Of a DNA stretch of 64,000 nt, positions 57,557-64,000 are shown piece after piece. Below the pieces are notes generated by a model, which searched no databases, had not been told where the DNA came from, and saw only the letters and a program-made list of their open reading frames with translations. Each line of letters opens with the position of its first letter. Within the stretch, counting starts at the first letter, position 1. The DNA lies in NCBI GenBank assembly GCA_036833535.1, contig DAITPO010000002.1:36687-100686 (forward strand), given 5' to 3'. A program made the translations under genes and the position numbers. This DNA is from Candidatus Acidiferrales bacterium. GTDB taxonomy: Bacteria > Acidobacteriota > Terriglobia > Acidiferrales > UBA7541.

Positions 57557-57646
57557 GCGGTTCGGCCCTCTTACGGTTCGGTCCCCTCTCGTCGCCAATA
57601 AAAGCCGCTTCAGCTAACATTGAAGCGCGTGGAACCGAGGAAATAA

Positions 57647-59074
57647 ATGCCGCACATAAATCGCCGAGCAAAAATCGTCTGCACCATCGGCCCGGCCAGC
57701 TCCAAACCCGAAATCGCCGACCGCCTCGTGCGCGCGGGAATGGACGTCGCCCGCCTCAATTTCTCACACGGCACTCCTGCAGAACACGCACAGCGCGTCG
57801 CTGCCATTCGCCGCGCCTCCGGCACTCACGAAAAGCCCATCGCCATCCTCGGCGACCTGCAGGGCCCGAAAATTCGCACGGGCCGGCTTGCCGGCGGCGG
57901 CAAAATTACGCTCAACGTCGGGCAGAAATTTGTGATCACCACCGAGAATGTTCTCGGCGATTGCGACGGCGTCAGCACTACTTTCCAGCAGCTCCCGCAC
58001 GTGGTCCATCACGGCGATCGCGTGTTGCTCAGCGACGGCGAAATCGCGCTGCGCGTGCAATCCACGCAAGGCCGCAAAGTGATTACGCGCGTTGAAAATG
58101 GCGGCGAGCTGGGCGAGCACCAGGGCATCAATCTCCCCGGCGTGAAATTGAAGATTCCTTCGCTGACTCCCAAAGATCGCAAGGATCTTCTCGTCGCTCT
58201 TGGTCTCGGCGTGAATTACATCGCTCTCAGCTTCGTCCGCTCTGCGCGCGACGTCAAAGCCGCCAAATCCGCCGTCGCGCGCGCCGGAAAGACCACGCCG
58301 GTGATCGCCAAGCTCGAAAAGCCCGAAGCCATCGAGAATCTCGATGAAATCCTGAGCGTTGCCGATGGCGTCATGGTGGCGCGCGGCGATCTCGGCGTGG
58401 AAATGAATCCCGAGCAGGTTCCCGTGGTGCAGAAGCAGATCATTTCCCGCGCGCGCAATGCGCTCGTGCCCGTAATCACTGCTACGCAAATGCTCGATTC
58501 CATGACGCAAAATCCGCGCCCCACGCGCGCCGAAGCCTCCGATGTCGCCAACGCCATCTTCGACGGCAGCGACGCGCTCATGCTCTCCGGCGAAACCGCC
58601 GTCGGCCGCTATCCGATCGAGTCCGTCGAAATGATGGACCGCATCATTCGCGTCGCCGAGGCCAGCATCACCGAGCCGTTGCGCCCCGCGCGCTTCACCG
58701 AGCTGCACATCAACGAGACCATCGCTGAAGCGATCTGCCATGCCGCCGAAGAGCTGCACATGAAAGCCATCGCGGTATTCACGGAGTCCGGCTCCTCCGC
58801 GCGTCTCGTTTCCAAGTATCGCCCCCGCGCGCCCATCATCGCCTTTTCGCCCAATCAAGAAACGCGCCGCCGCATCAGCCTCTATTGGGGCGTCCGCCCG
58901 CGTTCGATTAATCGCCTGACGGATATGGACGCGCTGGTAACAGCAGCCGAGAAGCGCCTGGTCGAGGAAAAACTGGTTCACAAGGGCGATGTAATTGGAA
59001 TTATTTCAGGAACGCCGTTAGGCGCCACAGGCACAACAAACATGATGCGCCTGCACCGCATCGGCGAAAAGTAG
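57647..59074 (+). CDS. pyk: Pyruvate kinase
   Basis: KIVCTIGPAS, MDVARLNFSHG, MVARGDLGVE, ATQMLDSM, 475 aa. Confidence 0.95.
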   Translation: MPHINRRAKIVCTIGPASSKPEIADRLVRAGMDVARLNFSHGTPAEHAQRVAAIRRASGTHEKPIAILGDLQGPKIRTGRLAGGGKITLNVGQKFVITTENVLGDCDGVSTTFQQLPHVVHHGDRVLLSDGEIALRVQSTQGRKVITRVENGGELGEHQGINLPGVKLKIPSLTPKDRKDLLVALGLGVNYIALSFVRSARDVKAAKSAVARAGKTTPVIAKLEKPEAIENLDEILSVADGVMVARGDLGVEMNPEQVPVVQKQIISRARNALVPVITATQMLDSMTQNPRPTRAEASDVANAIFDGSDALMLSGETAVGRYPIESVEMMDRIIRVAEASITEPLRPARFTELHINETIAEAICHAAEELHMKAIAVFTESGSSARLVSKYRPRAPIIAFSPNQETRRRISLYWGVRPRSINRLTDMDALVTAAEKRLVEEKLVHKGDVIGIISGTPLGATGTTNMMRLHRIGEK

Positions 59075-59103
59075 CGCTGGCGTCCCCGCCGGCATCTTGC
59101 GAC
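59071..59103 (+). repeat. R1 REP element
   Basis: GTAGCGCTGGCGTCCCCGCCGGCATCTTGCGAC. Its TAG (59072-59074) is the pyk stop. The C->T change in the 5-prime stem arm keeps a U-G wobble pair only in the sense-strand RNA. Confidence 0.8.
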
Positions 59104-59213
59104 CGCAAATCCCAATCAGCGCAGTCGTCGAGAGCGGACTAACGCTGCTAAACCAAGGCGATGAATTCAGTGTTGTGCGCCGCCCGACGTCGCGCGACGA
59201 GCCTACGTCTGAA

Positions 59214-59246
59214 GTCGTAGGATGCCGGCGGGGACGCCGGCGCTAC
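59214..59246 (-). repeat. R1 REP element
   Basis: Minus strand GTAGCGCCGGCGTCCCCGCCGGCATCCTACGAC, 18 nt after the rhomboid gene stop and in sense orientation. Confidence 0.8.
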
Positions 59247-59264
59247 TTTTCACCCGCCCGCCCG

Positions 59265-60044
59265 CTAATTCACCCAATTATCTGGCCGTGAAGGCGGCTT
59301 ATCCTGATGCTCCCGCGTATAAACTTCAAATTTCTTCCGCAACCGCTGCCTCTGCCAATCCGAATATTTATTCCGGAATCCATAAAAATAGGAACCCCGC
59401 CGCAAATAAAGAAACCCCGCCAACATCCCTCCCAAATGGCAAACATGGCTGACGTTGTCCCCGGCCCCTGAACTCAAACTAAAATAAAATTCCAGCGCTG
59501 CCATGATCATCACGTAAACCTTCATCGGCAACGAAATCGGAAACGGAATCAACCACACCGGCTGATCCGGAAACACAATCGCCGCCGCCAGCAGCACCCC
59601 ATAAATCGCGCCGGACGCCCCGATAGTAGGTATCGCCGCAGTCCCCACTCCATGCGGATCGAGAATCGTCTTCACGATCACTTCCACCACTCCCGCGCCC
59701 ACGCCGCAAGTGAAGTAATAAGCGTAAAACTTCCGCGTCCCCCAAGCCCGTTCCAAATCCTTACCGAACATCCACAAAAACAGCATGTTCAAAAGGATGT
59801 GCCAAATGCCGCCGTGCAGAAAAAGATAGGTGAAGAGCTGCCAGACAAATCCCAAATGCGTGACCGCAGCCGGCATCAACCCCAGGTAGTTGTTGACCTT
59901 GTGATACGCGTCGGCCCCAAGAAACATCCCCACCAGTGTCTGCCCCAGAAACACCACGGCGCACGCAATAATCAGCGTCTTGATTCCCCGGGGAAACACA
60001 CCGCGCAGGTTAAATCGCGGACCGTAATTGCGGAAACCACCCAT
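59265..60044 (-). CDS. Rhomboid-family intramembrane serine protease
   Basis: HGGIWHILLNM, GASGAIYGVLL (catalytic Ser), HLGGMLAGFLY (catalytic His), about 6 TM spans. Confidence 0.88.
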   Translation of the reverse strand: MGGFRNYGPRFNLRGVFPRGIKTLIIACAVVFLGQTLVGMFLGADAYHKVNNYLGLMPAAVTHLGFVWQLFTYLFLHGGIWHILLNMLFLWMFGKDLERAWGTRKFYAYYFTCGVGAGVVEVIVKTILDPHGVGTAAIPTIGASGAIYGVLLAAAIVFPDQPVWLIPFPISLPMKVYVMIMAALEFYFSLSSGAGDNVSHVCHLGGMLAGFLYLRRGSYFYGFRNKYSDWQRQRLRKKFEVYTREHQDKPPSRPDNWVN

Positions 60045-60100
60045 CGCTCAACTCAAGTCTATCGGCCTAACGCGCCCGCTGTCAAAGCACGCTCAACCTT

Positions 60101-62302
60101 CTAATTCAATTTCTTCCTCGCGCTGATGAACAACGAAGCCGCCAGCAACAAAAACATAATCACTCCCACCGCCGACGACGCGCTAAACCCCGGAAAATGA
60201 TTCGGCCCAATCGCAAACAATTTCGGATTCCACGGCAATCGCAATCCCACCATCAACCAATGCGGCGCATGCGAACTCAAATCCGGATCCTGAAACAAAT
60301 TAATCACAATCGCCAATAAACCAAACACTCCGCCCGCAGCAATCAATCCGCTGGCATAAAGCGCCCCAGGACTAGCCTCGCTATCCCCCGTTTTCTCTTT
60401 AGCGCTAGCCTCAATGGCCCAACGCACCAACCCCCCGGCAAACATCGCTGCCGTAGTTCCAATCGAAAGATAAGATCCCACCGCAAACGCCAGCGATCTC
60501 ACTCCCAAAATCTCCACCGCCACCACCAGCGCCACACCCATAAACACCAATCGCCACGGCAATCTCTGATTCAAAATCCCATTAATCACCGTAGCCATCA
60601 AACGCGCCTGCGGCGCCGGCGCCTTATCGCTCCCAATCCCCTGCGCCCACTGCACTTCAATCTGTTTCGAATCGCGGTCGTACAAATATTCGCCGTCAGG
60701 AATTTCATGCGACCCAAGCGAATTGATCAAAATGTAGTCCTTGCCCTGGTACGTAAACGAATTCCGCTCCACTTGCACGCCAGTAGGCAAAGCAGAAATA
60801 TTGAGCGGCATTCGCTGCGGCAAATATCTCTCGAGCCCGGTATTCATCAAATTCAAAGTCCCGCCAATCGCCACGGTAGAAACCGTCACGCCGATCAACA
60901 ACCCAAGCTGCTGCCGCCACGGCGTAGAGCCCACAAGGTAACCAGTCTTCAAATCCTGCGAAGTCGCCCCGGCAATCGCCGCCGCAATGCAAACCACTCC
61001 GCCGATCGTCAAAGCCAGCACCGCATAATTCGGCGCCGTCCATCCGGCAAAAAAGAAAATCCCGCAGGTAGCCATCAAAGTCGCGATGCTCATCCCGCTA
61101 ACCGGATTCGATGAATTCCCCAAAAGCCCGCTAATCCGCGAAGCCACAGTCACAAACAAAAATCCGAACACCACCACGAAAATCCCCGCAAATAAATTCT
61201 GATACCAGGTAGTGTCCGCCCCCTGCATCGGATGGAACGTCAGCAGCACCCACATCATCGCGATAATCACAATCGATCCCAGCACCACCATGCGCATCGA
61301 AATATCATCGTCAATCCGGCTAGGCGCTGCCACCGACGCGCCTCCCTGCGACCGCATATCCTTAAATCCCGACCGCAGCGCAGAAATAATCGTCGGCATC
61401 GTGCGCATCAAAGTGATCAACCCCGCCGCCGCCACCGCCCCCGCTCCCATCGGCCGTATATAACTCCGCCACAAATCATCCGGCGTCATCAAAGGAATCG
61501 GAATCGTCGCGGGATAAATCGCCGTATTCCCCGAAAGCTGCCCGAAAAATTTAATCGCCGGCATAATCAAGAGCCAAGACACCACGCCGCCAGCAAATAA
61601 AATCCCCGAAACCTTCGGACCGATGATGTAACCGACCCCCAAATATTCGCTGGTGATCGCCATCCGGAACGACGCTCCCGGCAACCACGCCGGCCGATTC
61701 TCCGGCTGCGAATTCCACATCTGAAACGTGTTCATGCAAACCGTATACACGCCGCCCAATCCCAATCCCCAAAACACGCGCCCCGCAAACGATCCGCCGC
61801 GCTCCCCCGCCACCAAAACATCCGCGCAAGCCGTCCCCTCAGGAAACGTCAGATTCCCGTGCTCTTTCACAATCAATTGCCGCCGCAGCGGAATCATGAA
61901 CAGCACACCCAACCATCCGCCCAAAAGCGCCAAAGGAAAAATCCGCCAGAATGTAAATTCCGATCCAAATCCCAAAAAAATCAAAGCCGGCAAAGTAAAC
62001 ATCACCCCGGCAGCCAGCGATTCCCCCGCCGAGCCGGTGGTCTGCACAATATTATTTTCGAGGATGGTAGCCCGGCCAAACGCCCGCAATATGCTGACCG
62101 ACAGCACCGCAATAGGAATCGAAGCCGATACGGTCAATCCAGCCCGCAACCCCACGTAAACCGACACGGCCCCAAACACAATCCCGAAAAACGCCCCCAA
62201 CAAAATCGCGCGTATGGTGAATTCCGCCAAAGTTTCGGATGAATCCACATAAGGCCGAAACTCCCCAGGCGGCGCAGTAGAGCTCCAAGTCTTAGACCCC
62301 AA
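60101..62302 (-). CDS. OPT-family oligopeptide transporter
   Basis: 733 aa with about 16 hydrophobic spans. N-terminal FTIRAILLGAFFGIVFGAVSVYVGLRAGLTVSASIP is typical of the OPT superfamily. Confidence 0.85.
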   Translation of the reverse strand: MGSKTWSSTAPPGEFRPYVDSSETLAEFTIRAILLGAFFGIVFGAVSVYVGLRAGLTVSASIPIAVLSVSILRAFGRATILENNIVQTTGSAGESLAAGVMFTLPALIFLGFGSEFTFWRIFPLALLGGWLGVLFMIPLRRQLIVKEHGNLTFPEGTACADVLVAGERGGSFAGRVFWGLGLGGVYTVCMNTFQMWNSQPENRPAWLPGASFRMAITSEYLGVGYIIGPKVSGILFAGGVVSWLLIMPAIKFFGQLSGNTAIYPATIPIPLMTPDDLWRSYIRPMGAGAVAAAGLITLMRTMPTIISALRSGFKDMRSQGGASVAAPSRIDDDISMRMVVLGSIVIIAMMWVLLTFHPMQGADTTWYQNLFAGIFVVVFGFLFVTVASRISGLLGNSSNPVSGMSIATLMATCGIFFFAGWTAPNYAVLALTIGGVVCIAAAIAGATSQDLKTGYLVGSTPWRQQLGLLIGVTVSTVAIGGTLNLMNTGLERYLPQRMPLNISALPTGVQVERNSFTYQGKDYILINSLGSHEIPDGEYLYDRDSKQIEVQWAQGIGSDKAPAPQARLMATVINGILNQRLPWRLVFMGVALVVAVEILGVRSLAFAVGSYLSIGTTAAMFAGGLVRWAIEASAKEKTGDSEASPGALYASGLIAAGGVFGLLAIVINLFQDPDLSSHAPHWLMVGLRLPWNPKLFAIGPNHFPGFSASSAVGVIMFLLLAASLFISARKKLN

Positions 62303-62405
62303 ATCTCACCTCCGCGCGCGCCGGACCCCAAGCCTCGCGCCAAATTGGCCCACAAACCCGGCGAACTTAGCATCAGACCGCACCCGACACAAGCCGCATT
62401 CTCAC

Positions 62406-62438
62406 GTACCGCTGGCGTCCCCGCCGGCATCTTACGGC
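62406..62438 (+). repeat. R1 REP element, variant head GTAC
   Basis: GTACCGCTGGCGTCCCCGCCGGCATCTTACGGC. This is the only copy not at a gene 3-prime end; it lies in a divergent intergenic region. Confidence 0.7.
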
Positions 62439-62821
62439 CGTCCCGAACGCCACATCCCAACCCCAACCGCGGCGCAACCAACCCGTCCCAGTGGAGGAGG
62501 GTCTTTTCACCCTGAGGCGCGTTACTGGCGCCGAAGGGCAGCCCTTCCGCCTTTCGGCCCCGCACTTCGTCCCCGCCTTTCATCCTCTCCGTATTCTCCG
62601 CTCCCCCTCTGGCCGCCAAATTGCTCCCCGCACCCAGCGCAATCGCCGCCCCAACCGCGAATCCCCGTTGACAACCCCGGCCCCGCCATATAGCTTTACC
62701 AACACTTCCCCGCTCGGGAACTTACCCTGTTAACAAATAGGGCGAATCTCTCCAAGCGGGCGACACTCTCAGGAGCTCAAAACTCGATCGACGCCTCTCG
62801 ATCCCAAAGGACGGAGTCCCG

Positions 62822-64000
62822 ATGAAACTCAGCCGCCAAATCCCGTTCCTTCTAGTCGCGACCATACTCGCCGCGATACTCACTCTCTCCAGCGGCTCGC
62901 ACGCCAAAGACGACTGGCTACCAATCGATCCAGCCGATCTCGCGCTAAAAGACAATCCGCTAAGCCCCGGCGCCCACGCCATGATCCTCTACCGCGAGAA
63001 TTCCATCGACGCCAGGCTATCCTCCGAGCTCGAATACGATCGCATCAAGATCTTCACCGAAGAGGGGAAGAAATGGGGCGATGTTGAAATCCCATTCAAT
63101 AAAAACAGCGCGGACGTCAAGGACATCCGCGCTCGAACGATTCGCCCGGACGGAAGCGTCGCCGATTTTCAAGGCAAAGTTTATGAGAAGGAAATCGTTA
63201 AAGTCGGCGGCATCAAATATCTCGCGAAGACTTTCAGCCTTGCTGATGTTCAGCCCGGCTGCATCATCGAATACAAGTACCGCACCCAGTACGACAGCGA
63301 CTATTACGTGAACATCGAATGGGGCGTACAAAGCGATCTTTTTACGCGCCTGGGCAAATTCTCAATCATGCCGGACACCAGCGACTACGCTCCTCCTCTC
63401 TACTGGCGCGAATATCGCATCCCCGGCAGCGACAAGCCTGCCAAGCAGAGCAACGGCGCCCTCACCATGGAAATTCGCAATCTTCCCGGCCTCGAGGAGG
63501 AGGACTACATGCCTCCCAAGAATTTCCTGCGCGCTCGCATCGCTTTCTTCTACCGCGACCGCGATGATCCCCAGAACGAAACTCCCGACCAGTTCTGGAA
63601 GCGCATGGGCAAGGCCTGGGATTCGCAAATGGAGAAGTTCGTCGATAAGAAAAAAGCGCTCCAGGACGTCGTCTCACAGACTGTCTCGCCCAGCGACGCT
63701 CCCGAAGTCAAACTGCAGAAGCTCTATGTCCGTGTGCAGCAAATACACAATACTGGCTACGATTCTCCGCAGACCCAGAAAGAAGCGAAGCGCGTCAAGA
63801 CAAAGGAAAACAACAACGTCGAAGACGTCTTGAAGCACGCCTCTGGCAGCGGCCGCGACATCAACTACTTGATGATTGGTCTCGCGCGCGCCGCCGGCTT
63901 CGAATCCTCACGCGCCTATGTCGCGCCTCGCAGCAACAACGCCTTCTATCCCACCATGCAAGATGTCTCGCAGCTCTCCGCCGACGTCGTCTGGGTCAAG
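62822..64000 (+). CDS. DUF3857-like / transglutaminase-like domain protein (5-prime 393 codons; continues past right edge)
   Basis: Hand translation from the ATG at 62822 is open to the window end. MKLSRQIPFLLVATILAAILTLSSGSHA signal. AHAMILYRENSID...YDRIKIFTEEGKKWGDVEIPF...IRARTIRPDGSVADF...VQPGCIIEYKY is DUF3857-like. Later, GSGRDINYLMIGLARAAGFESSRAYV resembles a transglutaminase core helix. Confidence 0.65.
   Translation, partial: MKLSRQIPFLLVATILAAILTLSSGSHAKDDWLPIDPADLALKDNPLSPGAHAMILYRENSIDARLSSELEYDRIKIFTEEGKKWGDVEIPFNKNSADVKDIRARTIRPDGSVADFQGKVYEKEIVKVGGIKYLAKTFSLADVQPGCIIEYKYRTQYDSDYYVNIEWGVQSDLFTRLGKFSIMPDTSDYAPPLYWREYRIPGSDKPAKQSNGALTMEIRNLPGLEEEDYMPPKNFLRARIAFFYRDRDDPQNETPDQFWKRMGKAWDSQMEKFVDKKKALQDVVSQTVSPSDAPEVKLQKLYVRVQQIHNTGYDSPQTQKEAKRVKTKENNNVEDVLKHASGSGRDINYLMIGLARAAGFESSRAYVAPRSNNAFYPTMQDVSQLSADVVWVK

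Overview
This is a 64-kb high-GC chromosomal segment. Hand-counted lines give roughly 60-70% GC outside one low-GC patch. The gene content points to an Acidobacteriota-like soil bacterium, which is an inference, not a database result. Supporting genes are a TonB receptor with a carboxypeptidase-regulatory domain, a VWFA-related protein, cytochrome-c fusion proteins, a DUF3857/transglutaminase-like protein, and many GTAG-headed REP hairpins. I call about 45 protein genes, one tRNA(CAT), no rRNA, no CRISPR array and no intact mobile element. Long antisense ORFs in the track are GC-driven shadows. Confident housekeeping genes are eno, glgC, rpsU, recQ, sucA, gpmI and pyk, plus aminotransferase, amidohydrolase, M20 peptidase, rhomboid and OPT transporter genes. 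A long co-directional envelope block spans 8298-18920. The observations most worth a second look are: (1) A decayed ~5-kb islet at the tRNA, made of the intact tRNA, a tyrosine-recombinase stump, one lower-GC cargo gene for a 1348-aa secreted mosaic protein, and a 39/45-nt copy of the tRNA 3-prime half. (2) A PHM/DBH-like type II copper monooxygenase with a complete Cu-ligand set, fused to a c-type haem domain and divergent from a dihaem cytochrome c. (3) A thioester-bearing (CIEQ) alpha-2-macroglobulin in a DUF1175-like context. Its operon overlaps convergently with a PBP-like/SpoIID-peptidase operon. (4) A 33-nt GTAG-headed REP family with 8 copies. It sits in sense orientation at gene 3-prime ends and repeatedly supplies the TAG stop codon. 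Several other GTAG hairpin families are also present. (5) A PilZ - disordered - TM - Sel1 membrane protein next to twin TTGCGCAA palindromes. I did not recognise a known defence, secretion or biosynthetic system. All motif coordinates outside the ORF track were counted by hand and may be off by 1-2 nt.
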